This document shows positions 32,014-41,753 of a stretch of DNA of 64,000 nucleotides, piece after piece. The DNA is taken from the IMG/VR virus record IMGVR_UViG_3300035698_029289, positions 9,980 to 73,979 of that record. One strand, 5' to 3'. The position numbers were made by a program, and so were the translations under genes. The DNA is from a virus. The stretch's first letter is position 1. Each line of letters begins with the position of its first letter. The notes under the pieces are model-generated. The model saw only the letters and a program-made list of their open reading frames with translations, had not been told where the DNA came from and did no database searches.

Positions 32014-33084
32014 ATGCGACAAACATGGGAACAGGCTCAAAAGTGGGAAAAGGATTGGCAAGGTAACTGCGTCAATAGAGTTGCTGGCGAATTAAACCAT
32101 GTTCAAAACATTGCTCCCAAAATGGGCCTGAAACTTTCCTCAAACTACAGCGTTGATTTGAAAGGCATCCGTGTATTAGACATCGGTGGGGGCTCGGTTT
32201 CAATACTCCTCCAATGTACCAATGTGAAAGGCAAGGTGGTTGACCCGCTTAAATATCCGGATTGGGTTTATGCTCGCTATGATTGTGCTGGAATAGAATG
32301 GGAGATTAAAAAGGGCGAGGATATTGATGAAATTGGTTACGATGAAGTGTGGATTTATAATTGCCTTCAACACACAGAGAATCCCAAAAAGATAGTTGAG
32401 AACGCTAAGAAGGCTGGCAAGCTAATTAGAATGTATGAGTGGGTAGATATTCCAGTTAGCGATGGACATATTCATACTTTGAGGGAAAACGAGTTGAATG
32501 AATGGCTAGGGGGTGAAGGGAGAGTGGAATTAAACGACAAGGGTTTTAAGCGCTATTTTGGAATATTTCCAACCAATGTTAATACTAAAGAATACTGGAA
32601 TGACATTCATCGAAGAGATGGCAAAGATACTTGGCGGGTAAAAGATGAGTTGAACGATTATGTTTTAAGCAAAGTAAAGGGGTCTGTTTTAGAACTAGGC
32701 TGTGGGGTTGGAGTATTTGCCCGCAAGGTTAAGGATAAATACTTGGGCTTGGATATTTCTCCTGTTGCAGTCAGGATAATGAAAGAGCAAGGTTTTAATG
32801 CCGAGGTAAGGAATATTCCACCAATCAACACAGGCAAATTTGATACAATAGTTGGCCTGGAGTTTCTGGAACATATAGACGATAGGTTGAAAGTAATCAA
32901 AGAAGCTAGTAAACTTTGTCAACAAGCAATTTTCTCAGTACCCGATGACTGTATGCCACCAGAGGAAATAGCAGAGCATAGGGTAATGTTTAATAAAGAA
33001 TCGTTTAAAAAGTTCTTGGAAAAGGCTTTTGAGAATGTAGAAATTGTCTCAATAGATAAGTATTTAGTGGGAGTTTGCAAATGA
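32014..33084 (+). CDS. tandem two-domain SAM methyltransferase
   Basis: VLDIGGG...NCLQH and VLELGCGVG...EFLEH. Confidence 0.88.
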   Translation: MRQTWEQAQKWEKDWQGNCVNRVAGELNHVQNIAPKMGLKLSSNYSVDLKGIRVLDIGGGSVSILLQCTNVKGKVVDPLKYPDWVYARYDCAGIEWEIKKGEDIDEIGYDEVWIYNCLQHTENPKKIVENAKKAGKLIRMYEWVDIPVSDGHIHTLRENELNEWLGGEGRVELNDKGFKRYFGIFPTNVNTKEYWNDIHRRDGKDTWRVKDELNDYVLSKVKGSVLELGCGVGVFARKVKDKYLGLDISPVAVRIMKEQGFNAEVRNIPPINTGKFDTIVGLEFLEHIDDRLKVIKEASKLCQQAIFSVPDDCMPPEEIAEHRVMFNKESFKKFLEKAFENVEIVSIDKYLVGVCK

Positions 33085-33728
33085 GTAACTATAATAAAGA
33101 ATCCAATGTTCTTTTCATACACAATTCAAGGGTTGTAGGAACGGCTATGGAAGTTCGGAAAGAGATTGGTGGTGGTGGGCATCATAACATTTATTATTTT
33201 AAGCAACGGCTAACAGATAAAGAATTTGAAGAAGCGTTTAAGTTTGCTTTTGTTAGAAACCCCTTTGATCGTGTTGTTGCAGCATTTCTCCGTAACGAAA
33301 TCAGGTGTAAAGGCTTCAATCTTAAAAATACAAAGAAAGCACTCGCCGATTGGTTTAGAGATGAGCCAAAGAATGATCACCTTTCTTATTCTGAAAAGGG
33401 CTTGCGTGCCACATTGAATGTTAAGGTGGGAGTATCACAGATTGGGCTAATGTCTTTTGCTCCACAGTGGTATTACCTCTGTGATGAAGATGGAAATATT
33501 CCACTAGATTTCATTGGTCGCTTTGAGAATAAGGAATCAGATTGGAAGAAAGTATGTAAAACTTTAAACATTGAATATAAGAAACTTTCACTTATGATGT
33601 TTGACCGTCATTATGACCAGTCTTTGTATCGTGATTATTACACACCAGAGTCGGAAGCTCTTGTTAGGGAAGTGTATAAGCGTGATTTTGAGCTATTTGA
33701 TTATTCGGAGGACTTATGGGCAAAATAG
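33081..33728 (+). CDS. sulfotransferase family 2-like protein
   Basis: FAFVRNPFDR, PQ, DFIGRFE, YKRDFELFDY; 5' PAPS loop degenerate (HNSRVVGT). Confidence 0.75.
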   Translation: MSNYNKESNVLFIHNSRVVGTAMEVRKEIGGGGHHNIYYFKQRLTDKEFEEAFKFAFVRNPFDRVVAAFLRNEIRCKGFNLKNTKKALADWFRDEPKNDHLSYSEKGLRATLNVKVGVSQIGLMSFAPQWYYLCDEDGNIPLDFIGRFENKESDWKKVCKTLNIEYKKLSLMMFDRHYDQSLYRDYYTPESEALVREVYKRDFELFDYSEDLWAK

Positions 33729-35554
33729 CAATCTGTATCGCCAGCTATAATTCTGCCAGGTTTCTTCCGGCGTTGTTCGATAGTTTGAAAAAGCAAACCT
33801 TCAAGGATTTCAAGGTTTATATTGTTTATGATGGTTCTACTGATAACACACTGGAGATAATCAAAAAGTATCAAAAAGAACTTTCGATTGTGGTTGCCGA
33901 TTATAAACCAACAGCGAGGGTGGGGTTAAACAAAAACCGAGTAGTGGCTATGGCTCTGCGGGACAAACCAAATTATATCCAAATGATAGATGCTGATGAT
34001 AAGGTTCTGCCTCGGTTTTTAGAGGTCGGAGTAGAGAGAATAAAAAAAGGCGATGTTGATTGGGTGATTACTTGGGGAAGGTTATTTGGAGGCAGGAAGG
34101 GTTATATCCACAGCGAAATCCCTACTTTAGATGAGTTAATGAAGGATAATAACAAACTTCATAGTTGGGGAATGTTCAAGAGTGAGATTTTAGAGAATCG
34201 CAATTTCTCTAAAAAACTCACTAGCGGAGTAGATTGGAAACTTTGGATTGATTTGACAGATGATGGCTGTAAGGGAACTATTATTAAAAAGGAACTATAT
34301 TTGAAAAGGTGGCATGATAAGAGCATAACCGTTGTTGAAGGGAAGAAGGAGAAGAAACATTTTAGATTTCACCTTTTGGGCTTGGTTCATCTTCCGTGTA
34401 CTAGAAAGTATATGAGCTGTGCTTTTACTCAGAAGAATTATAAGTTGGCTCAGATGCTTCTCTCCTTGGGACACGAAGTTATCTATTATGGCGCGGAAGG
34501 ATCAAATGTTCCTTGCACTAAATTTGTTCAAACTCATACTTTGAGAGATATTCGGCAGGACTATGGTGATGGCGACAATCGTTTTGAGATAGGCTACGAT
34601 TGGACTAATTGCGATTTTCGGCACGACTTCAATACCAAAAGGAAACCAGCGACTTTGAAGTTTTACGCCAAATGTATTGAGGAGATAAATAAGGCTAAGA
34701 AAGATGATGATTTCCTTTTATGTACCCAGGGGCCATATTTCAAGCCGATCGCCAATGCTGTTAATCTTTTCTTGACTTGTGAGCCAGGAATAGGCTATAG
34801 GGGTTCTTATATGAAGTTCAGAGCTTTTGAAAGTTCTTACATTCAGAGTTTTACTTATGGATCAGAGCATCCCAGACAATGTATTAATGGCAGTTATTAT
34901 GACCGAGTGATTCCTAATTACTTTGATCCAAAAGATTTTGAGTATTCTGACAAAAAAGACGATTACTATTTCTTCATTGGCCGGATGATCAAGAGAAAAG
35001 GGATAATGACTGCTTATTTAGTTTGTGAGTATTTAAAAAAGAAGCTTATCATTGCCGGGCAAGGTGCTCATGTTGATAAGCGAGGTTATCTTATTCCCAA
35101 TAAAAATCCCGATTTTGAGTTGCCACCAGGACATTGGGAGTATGTGGGCTTTGTTGATGTTCCTAAGAGGAAAAAGCTAATGGCTCATGCCATTGCTACT
35201 TTCACTCCCACCGAGTATCTTGAATGTTTTGCCGGTACTCATGTTGAGTCAATGCTTTCAGGCACGCCTCCAATCACCACTAATTTCGCTGTTTTCCCTG
35301 GGACTTTGCCTGATTATTTCGCTAATGGAATAGTGGGTTTTCGGTGTAATACACTAAACGATTTTGTTGAGGCTGCTAAAAAGGCCCAAAAGATGACTAA
35401 AAAAGACTATCGGAAAATAAGGAAATATGGGGAGAGATTTTTGATGGACAATGTTAAATGGGAGTTTGAAAAGTGGTTTCGCGACCTCATGATGGTTTAC
35501 GAATCGGCGATTGATTCAACTAAGAAGGGGTGGCATAGAATATATGGTATTTAA
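33716..35554 (+). CDS. GT2 + GT4 fusion glycosyltransferase
   Basis: YDGSTD, IDADD; FIGRMIKRKG, ECFAGTHVESMLSGTP. Confidence 0.9.
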   Translation: MGKIAICIASYNSARFLPALFDSLKKQTFKDFKVYIVYDGSTDNTLEIIKKYQKELSIVVADYKPTARVGLNKNRVVAMALRDKPNYIQMIDADDKVLPRFLEVGVERIKKGDVDWVITWGRLFGGRKGYIHSEIPTLDELMKDNNKLHSWGMFKSEILENRNFSKKLTSGVDWKLWIDLTDDGCKGTIIKKELYLKRWHDKSITVVEGKKEKKHFRFHLLGLVHLPCTRKYMSCAFTQKNYKLAQMLLSLGHEVIYYGAEGSNVPCTKFVQTHTLRDIRQDYGDGDNRFEIGYDWTNCDFRHDFNTKRKPATLKFYAKCIEEINKAKKDDDFLLCTQGPYFKPIANAVNLFLTCEPGIGYRGSYMKFRAFESSYIQSFTYGSEHPRQCINGSYYDRVIPNYFDPKDFEYSDKKDDYYFFIGRMIKRKGIMTAYLVCEYLKKKLIIAGQGAHVDKRGYLIPNKNPDFELPPGHWEYVGFVDVPKRKKLMAHAIATFTPTEYLECFAGTHVESMLSGTPPITTNFAVFPGTLPDYFANGIVGFRCNTLNDFVEAAKKAQKMTKKDYRKIRKYGERFLMDNVKWEFEKWFRDLMMVYESAIDSTKKGWHRIYGI

Positions 35555-35592
35555 AATTAGTAATTAGTTTTTTAGAAAGGAGGTGAAGAAGC

Positions 35593-35793
35593 ATGGATGG
35601 TGGATATGGTGGCATTATTGTTCTTGCCGATAAAATTAGAGACTTGGAGAGAGGCCGGTCGAGGTTAAATCGCAAAATTGATGCCTTGGCTGAAGCACTA
35701 GGGAAAACAATGGAATTGGTACCCGAAAGATATGAGGTGCAAGATATTGAGAAAACAGAGGAGGAAGTAGCAGAAACCCCAGCAGAATATTAA
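35593..35793 (+). CDS. hypothetical protein
   Basis: strong SD AGGAGGTGA. Confidence 0.6.
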   Translation: MDGGYGGIIVLADKIRDLERGRSRLNRKIDALAEALGKTMELVPERYEVQDIEKTEEEVAETPAEY

Positions 35794-35798
35794 TTCCC

Positions 35799-35895
35799 TT
35801 GACAAAGGATAATTATCCTTAGTATAGTTAAATTACATATTCTCCGAAGCAGCAAATTGCTAGGAGAAGGCAAGCTTTATTGGCTTGCCTTTTTT
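35799..35895 (+). promoter_or_regulatory. leader cassette 3
   Basis: TTGACA-18-TATAGT; TTCTCC GA AGCAG caaa TTGCT A GGAGAA; AGGCAAGC..GCTTGCCT then TTTTT. Confidence 0.85.
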
Positions 35896-35931
35896 GTTGA
35901 TTTATCAATACCGCGAAGGAGGTGAAAATTT

Positions 35932-36249
35932 ATGGGAGATTTAGTAAACCTATGGGGAGAATCAGGTCGAAGTATCATCAATGATGACACATCGCCAACC
36001 CTTACTCTTAAAAATATAGAGTCTACTGCTACCACTGGTGGCAGTGCTCTTCAAGTTGAGGCTTTGGGTACTGGTCCTACTCTTAATGTTATAGTTTCAG
36101 GAACTTCTGGAACAACTCTTAAATTGAACAACCTTGCAAAAGGTTATGTCTCAACTAACTCATTATCTACTATTTCCTATGCCATGAGGGTAGACATTGG
36201 TGGAGTGATTTTTTACATGCCAGTTTATCTCGGTGTAGAAATAGCATAA
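35932..36249 (+). CDS. short fibre/spike-like protein
   Basis: shares C-terminus GYVSTNS..TIS.AMRVDIGG.I.YMPVYLG with the next gene. Confidence 0.65.
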   Translation: MGDLVNLWGESGRSIINDDTSPTLTLKNIESTATTGGSALQVEALGTGPTLNVIVSGTSGTTLKLNNLAKGYVSTNSLSTISYAMRVDIGGVIFYMPVYLGVEIA

Positions 36250-36313
36250 AGAGAGTAAAAAAGTTTAAAAGTTTTATTTCCGGATCACTCATAATTAAGG
36301 AGGTGATAAGTAT

Positions 36314-36916
36314 ATGCAGTTTTTACGTAACGAAAGTCAGGAAGCAAGAGCGGCTTATGAAAACCTCTTGAAGTCATCGGAGGGTGGTTATGTTAATGCC
36401 ACTGGTGACACAATGACAGGTAATCTTATAGTGCCTACAGTGACAATTACTAGCTTGGTTTCTGGAGCACGATTTCAAGGAAAAGACATTATCCTTTCCA
36501 GCCTTGCTTCAATAAGAAGGGTGGAATCAGTTCTTTATCGAGGAATAAATCAAGTTCTAACCAGCATTGCTTCTATTGCAAGGGTGGAATCCCCTTATTA
36601 TGAAGGAATCAAGTTGAATATTACAAGCTTGATTTCTGCGGCAAGGGTTAAAACCCTAAGAGCAGACACCATTCATCTTAACGTATCAAGCTTAGCTTCT
36701 ATAGCTAGGGTTGGTGGAAAAGTTGAAGTTTGGTCTGATCTTGCTGGCCCAGCGATTGATTTCAATGTCTCTGGACCGTCTGGAACAGTTTTCAAGATAG
36801 GCAATATCGAACAAGGTTATGTCTCAACTAACTCAACAGCGACTATTTCCTTTGCTATGAGGGTTGATATTGGCGGAACAATTTATTATATGCCAGTTTA
36901 TTTGGGCAAAGCCTAA
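36314..36916 (+). CDS. fibre-like protein with ~20 aa internal repeats
   Basis: YVNATGDTMTGNL; five [T/S]S[L/I]xSxxR repeats. Confidence 0.7.
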   Translation: MQFLRNESQEARAAYENLLKSSEGGYVNATGDTMTGNLIVPTVTITSLVSGARFQGKDIILSSLASIRRVESVLYRGINQVLTSIASIARVESPYYEGIKLNITSLISAARVKTLRADTIHLNVSSLASIARVGGKVEVWSDLAGPAIDFNVSGPSGTVFKIGNIEQGYVSTNSTATISFAMRVDIGGTIYYMPVYLGKA

Positions 36917-36933
36917 TAAGGAAGTTTGATAAA

Positions 36934-37551
36934 ATGGCCTTGTGTAAATGCGGTTGCGGTCGTGAAACAAAAATTGTTTGTGGTAAACCAAATCGGTTTA
37001 TTCATGGGCATAGTGGGAATTTTTATAAAAATGGGCACGAGTTTCAAGGAGACATAGCAAGGTCAAACTATTTCAAAAAAGGTTACACTCCTTGGAACAA
37101 AGATAAAAAAGGGGTTTTTTCTGTGGAAGCACGTAAAAAACAATCAGAAGCCGCCAAAAATCAAAAAAATAGAAATATTGAGGGATTGAAATTAGGCTGG
37201 GGATATTGGAGGGATAAACATAACCCACATATGGTTGGAGAAAAGAATCCTAATTACAAAGGAGGCATTAGTAAAATTAAAAAGAATAGTCGTCGATTAG
37301 ACATGGAAACGCTTGAGTATAAACAATGGCGAAGAGCGGTTTTTAAGAGAGATTATTGGACATGTTTGTCTTGTGGTGAGTCTAAGGGTGGAAATTTTAT
37401 AGCTCACCATATTAAAAAATATGATGACTATCCTTCTTTAAAATATAATGTTGATAATGGATTTACACTTTGTGGAAAATGTCACCTATTTACATATGGG
37501 TATGAAGAAGATTATGAAAAATATTTTTTGGAGATATTAAAATGGCAATAA
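36934..37551 (+). CDS. HNH homing endonuclease with NUMOD-like N-terminus
   Basis: CKCGCG, PWNK, NPNYKGG, WRRAVFKRD..C..C..AHH..NGFTLC..CH. Confidence 0.9.
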   Translation: MALCKCGCGRETKIVCGKPNRFIHGHSGNFYKNGHEFQGDIARSNYFKKGYTPWNKDKKGVFSVEARKKQSEAAKNQKNRNIEGLKLGWGYWRDKHNPHMVGEKNPNYKGGISKIKKNSRRLDMETLEYKQWRRAVFKRDYWTCLSCGESKGGNFIAHHIKKYDDYPSLKYNVDNGFTLCGKCHLFTYGYEEDYEKYFLEILKWQ

Positions 37552-38234
37552 CAGTAGACGAGGTACAAAGTCGCATAGCAAGTTTAGTTGATCAGTCAAT
37601 AACTACTCCTACTCAAACAGGGAGTGAATATGCGCTAAGATTGAAATATCTGAATCGGGCTATCTCCGAATGGGGACAAGCCTTTGATTGGGAAGCGTTG
37701 CGGAAAGATTATTGGCCTGGGGTAACGGGAGTTTCTCAGGCCTCCATTTCTTTGCCTGACGATTTTCATAAAGTGGCGGGTTTCCCCCTATATTATTCGG
37801 GTGGAGTATCCGGAGGTGAAGAGCGGGAGGTTATTAATGCAGAAGCAACAAAGCTGTATTCTAGCACCGACAAATACTGCTATGTGCTGGGGGACAGGGC
37901 AAATGGTCACACCCTAGTCTGGAGCCCCGGGACGCTAGCTTCTGGCGCCTCTCTGAAGATTCCTTACTATTCTTATGTAACCTCCGTTGCTTCGCCGGCG
38001 AATGAAATTATCGTGTCCGACCCAGGGTTTGTGGTTAATCGAGTAATTGCCTATATTTTCGAAAGCCGGTCGGATGAGAGGTTTCAGGAAACAGAAGTGA
38101 AAGCCCGGGAAAGTTTAATTGAGATGATTAATTCGGAACAAGTACGGAAATTCTCTTCGTATGGGGCAGGAACGAGCAAAAATGTACAAGGAGATCTCCG
38201 GCTCTACCACGGTTTTAGGGTGGGCCGGGATTAG
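37542..38234 (+). CDS. head-tail adaptor (tail tubular protein A-like)
   Basis: YLNRA...W, ISLPDDF; lies before the nozzle gene. Confidence 0.7.
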   Translation: MAITVDEVQSRIASLVDQSITTPTQTGSEYALRLKYLNRAISEWGQAFDWEALRKDYWPGVTGVSQASISLPDDFHKVAGFPLYYSGGVSGGEEREVINAEATKLYSSTDKYCYVLGDRANGHTLVWSPGTLASGASLKIPYYSYVTSVASPANEIIVSDPGFVVNRVIAYIFESRSDERFQETEVKARESLIEMINSEQVRKFSSYGAGTSKNVQGDLRLYHGFRVGRD

Positions 38235-38237
38235 GCT

Positions 38238-39020
38238 ATGAGGGATAAGAAGGGAAAGTTCCAAAAAGGCCATGCCCCATGGAATAAGGGAAAGACTGGA
38301 GTTTATTCGGAAGAACGACTAGAGGAATTAAGCCATTGTGCCAAAACTGGAGTGACGGGAATGTTGGGGAAAAAGCATAGCGAAGGAACAAAAGAAAAAA
38401 TGAGCATAGTTAAAAGAGGAAAAGTGTTTTCCGAAAAACATAAGAAAAACTTAAGCAAGGCACATAGGAAAAGAGGAACAATTCCTCCTAGGTGGTGGGA
38501 AGATCCCATTCTTGCCACTAAAACCATGGGGAAGCTAAAGAAGAAAAAAGTGGTTATTCGGTGTGGAGTTTGTGGAAAAAAGTTTAAAGTTATTCCTTCT
38601 AGGGCTAAAACGGCTAATTTCTGTTCAAAGCAATGTCATAATAAATCAATGATTGGTCGTCTTCTTACTAAAGAGTGGAAAGAAAAAATGATTAAAAATA
38701 CCCTAATGGCGATGTTAAAACGTCCCACCTCTCTTGAAAAACAAATGATTGCCCTAATCAAAAAACACAATCTTCCCTATAAATATGTTGGTGATGGGGG
38801 CTTTTTAATAGGCTATAAAAATCCCGATTTCGTAAACATTAATGGAGAAAAGAAATTGATTGAAATTGGCAATGAATTTCATCACAAACCGCCATACACG
38901 AAGAATCGGAGGAAACACTTCGCCAAATACGGTTGGGAAAGCTATATTTTTATAGGAGATGAATTGGATGAGGGAAAAATACTAAAAATCCTAGGGAGTA
39001 AATTATGTTACAACGATTAA
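38238..39020 (+). CDS. NUMOD3 + Vsr/DUF559-like homing endonuclease
   Basis: GKKHSEGTKEKMS; PTSLE; YVGDG; NPDF; IEIG..H. Confidence 0.8.
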   Translation: MRDKKGKFQKGHAPWNKGKTGVYSEERLEELSHCAKTGVTGMLGKKHSEGTKEKMSIVKRGKVFSEKHKKNLSKAHRKRGTIPPRWWEDPILATKTMGKLKKKKVVIRCGVCGKKFKVIPSRAKTANFCSKQCHNKSMIGRLLTKEWKEKMIKNTLMAMLKRPTSLEKQMIALIKKHNLPYKYVGDGGFLIGYKNPDFVNINGEKKLIEIGNEFHHKPPYTKNRRKHFAKYGWESYIFIGDELDEGKILKILGSKLCYND

Positions 39021-40939
39021 AACAACCAAAATTTAAAGCACCACGTCAAGCCGTAGCTGATTGGGACAATTTTCGCGGAGGATTAAATTCTTTACTTCGT
39101 CCCACAGAACTTGCAAAGAACGAATTGGCTCAAATGGAGAATTTAATGCTTATCGGTCGTGGAGTTCCCACTAAGCGATGGGGAACACAAAATTATTTCC
39201 TTGCAGGAGTGACTGGTTACGGCAGAGGTTTGTTTCACGCCAAATCGGCTGTGGGAACAAGTGAGGTTTTAGGCATTACTGACTGGGGGCTTTTGGTCAA
39301 AAGAAGCGGAGCAAGTTATACGGTTTTGACTGGTGCTTCCTGGGGATCGGGATATAACCTTGAAGCCACGCAGCTTAATAATAGGGTATATTTGGTCAAC
39401 GGACAGAGAGAGTTGGTAAGATATGACTTTTCCACCCTGACAGGGTTTCCCACATTGTCGGTTCCAGCTGGTGTGGCGGCAACTAACCTTTCGGGGGCAA
39501 CCGGTGACACTACTTATTCATGGAGAATTGCCGCAACTTCTCAAGTGGGAGAAACGCTTGGATCAGCGGCCGTTGCCATGGCGAGCCTGCCCCAAGAACT
39601 TTCTGATACGAGCATTAGAGTTCAATGGACGCCAGTTTCGGCAGCCTCAGGGGACCTTACCGGTTATAATATTTATCGGGGTTCACCCGGTGATGAAACA
39701 TGGTTGGCTTTTGTGGACGATGATACTAGCTCTTATGATGATGCGGGCTTAGATGTATCGCAACTGCGGGTGCCTCAAACCAAAGATACAACCGGAGGAC
39801 CGATTGCCAAATGGATTATCCGGTACGAAGACAGATTGATTCTTGCTGGGATTTCTGGTGAACCCACTAAAATCATGATTTCGGGAAGAGTTCCGAACCA
39901 AGACAAATTCACTTGGCCTTATGGAGGAGGATATGTTTTGGTCGATCCCGACACAGGAGATGAGATAACTGGTCTTGCCGTTCACCAGGGAAAGATTATT
40001 GTTTTCAAGGAAAATTCTGTTTGGCAAGTAACTCTTAGTACAATAACAGTTGGCAATTTCACGATTCTTGAGCCTTCTTATGAATTGATTACTGCTTCTC
40101 AGGGTTGCACCAGCCACCGATCGATTGTGCCGGTTGAAAACGATTTGCTTTTCTGCAACAGGCAGGGTGTATATATCTTGGGATTCGAACCCAATATTTT
40201 GGCAGCTGTTTTGAGAACCAATGAGTTGTCAGTGAAAATCCGGCCATTTTTTGAAGCGATTACTCCGACAGACTTTGATGATGCTAGTGCGAATTACTTT
40301 GACCACAAGTATGTTTTGTCTTTTCCTGGTGCCAAAAAATGTATTGTCTTTGATAGGGAAAGAGCCGCTTGGGTCGGACCATGGACCACGGGGTTTGGAA
40401 CAAACAAGTTTATTAAATATGTTGATTCGGGCAATGTTGAAAGATTGCTGGGAATAGATGCAGAAGACAATTATGTCAGTGAATTTTCAAAGACGTTGAA
40501 TAGCGACAAGGGAACTGCCTTCAGGACTCTTTTGAAAACACGGAAAGAAGATTTTGGAGACTGGACGATTTTCAAGACCATCAATGAATCATTTTTATCT
40601 TTCAGGAATGTTTTGGGGAGTGTTAATATCAATATTTTCTTGGAGGGAAGAGCGGGAGAGATAATCACCGCCAAAACATTTTCCATTGTCAGCCAAAAGG
40701 GTGTTTCCGGCTGGGGAACCGATCAATGGGGATTGACTCAATGGGGGTTATCAAAGAATGACGCAGAACTGTCTTCAGAAGAATTAATTAGGCAGGCGTT
40801 GCTTTATAAAACCGCACGGACTTTCCAGGTGGAATTGATTTCGTCTGCCACAAGAGACAACTATGAATTACTAGGCATTAAGACTTTCTCTACCTTGCAA
40901 GGGCGTGGCTCAAGCCCATCTGATTGGAGAGCCTCTTAA
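39005..40939 (+). CDS. tail nozzle / tubular protein B-like
   Basis: FRGGLN, N..L...G...KRWG, GDEITGL, IIVFKE, GC.SH.SI. Confidence 0.8.
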   Translation: MLQRLKQPKFKAPRQAVADWDNFRGGLNSLLRPTELAKNELAQMENLMLIGRGVPTKRWGTQNYFLAGVTGYGRGLFHAKSAVGTSEVLGITDWGLLVKRSGASYTVLTGASWGSGYNLEATQLNNRVYLVNGQRELVRYDFSTLTGFPTLSVPAGVAATNLSGATGDTTYSWRIAATSQVGETLGSAAVAMASLPQELSDTSIRVQWTPVSAASGDLTGYNIYRGSPGDETWLAFVDDDTSSYDDAGLDVSQLRVPQTKDTTGGPIAKWIIRYEDRLILAGISGEPTKIMISGRVPNQDKFTWPYGGGYVLVDPDTGDEITGLAVHQGKIIVFKENSVWQVTLSTITVGNFTILEPSYELITASQGCTSHRSIVPVENDLLFCNRQGVYILGFEPNILAAVLRTNELSVKIRPFFEAITPTDFDDASANYFDHKYVLSFPGAKKCIVFDRERAAWVGPWTTGFGTNKFIKYVDSGNVERLLGIDAEDNYVSEFSKTLNSDKGTAFRTLLKTRKEDFGDWTIFKTINESFLSFRNVLGSVNINIFLEGRAGEIITAKTFSIVSQKGVSGWGTDQWGLTQWGLSKNDAELSSEELIRQALLYKTARTFQVELISSATRDNYELLGIKTFSTLQGRGSSPSDWRAS

Positions 40940-40943
40940 TCCC

Positions 40944-41038
40944 TTGACAAGGAAGCGAATTGTTGTTTTAATTAATTATAGAGTCTGTTAAGCGGGAAAC
41001 GCTCGCAGACGACAATAGGGTCTAACCGACCCTTTTTT
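40944..41038 (+). promoter_or_regulatory. leader cassette 4
   Basis: TTGACA-17-TTTAAT; GTCTGT TA AGCG ggaaa CGCT C GCAGAC; AGGGTC..GACCCT then TTTTT. Confidence 0.8.
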
Positions 41039-41067
41039 ATTGGAATAAATTAAAAGAAAGGAAGAAA

Positions 41068-41748
41068 ATGTCCTGGCCTAAAGGAAAACCAACATGGAAT
41101 AAAGGGAAAATTGAATGGAAAAAGTGTAAAGTGTGTGGGAAGAAAATTAGAAAGTGGCGAGTTTATTGTTCGAAAGAATGTGTATCAATTGGAAGAAGTG
41201 GAGAAAATAGATGTGGATTTAAAAAAGGACATATTCCTTGGAACAAAGATATGAAAAGGAGTGAAGAATTTAAAAAGGCATGCCGAGAGAGAGCACTTAG
41301 ATTAAAACAAAAACCACCCAAATATAATAAAAGAGGAAAAAATCATTGGAATTGGAAAGGTGGTTTACCAGTTTGTGTTGAGTGTGGGAAAATAATCTCT
41401 AGGTATAGGACTCGATGTCTCAAGTGTCATCTTGGAACAAAAAGAATGACTACTTTAGAAAAGAAAGTTCAGAATGTGATTAATAAATATAAATTGCCAT
41501 ATAAATTTGTTGGAAATGGAGAATTTTTTATTGAAAGGAAAAATCCTGATTTCATTAATATAAATGGAGAGAAAAAAGCTATTGAAGTTTATTGGAAGCG
41601 ACACAAAGATAAATTTAAAAAGGGAGGATTTGTGGGTTGGAAAAAAGAAAGAGAAACAGTTTTTTCTAAGTATGGTTGGACAATTATTTTTTTAGATGAA
41701 AATAACATGATAGAAGAAAAAATATTAGAAGCCTTAAGAAAGGGGTGA
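41068..41748 (+). CDS. Zn-finger + Vsr/DUF559-like homing endonuclease (paralog of 38238)
   Basis: PWNK, WNWKGG; TTLE; LPYKFVGNG; NPDFININGEKK. Confidence 0.8.
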   Translation: MSWPKGKPTWNKGKIEWKKCKVCGKKIRKWRVYCSKECVSIGRSGENRCGFKKGHIPWNKDMKRSEEFKKACRERALRLKQKPPKYNKRGKNHWNWKGGLPVCVECGKIISRYRTRCLKCHLGTKRMTTLEKKVQNVINKYKLPYKFVGNGEFFIERKNPDFININGEKKAIEVYWKRHKDKFKKGGFVGWKKERETVFSKYGWTIIFLDENNMIEEKILEALRKG

Positions 41749-41753
41749 GTTGA

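Noticed and set aside
36141-36910. DGR template/variable repeat pair
   Set aside because: Both copies are coding C-termini, differences are not adenine-specific, and no reverse transcriptase is in the window.
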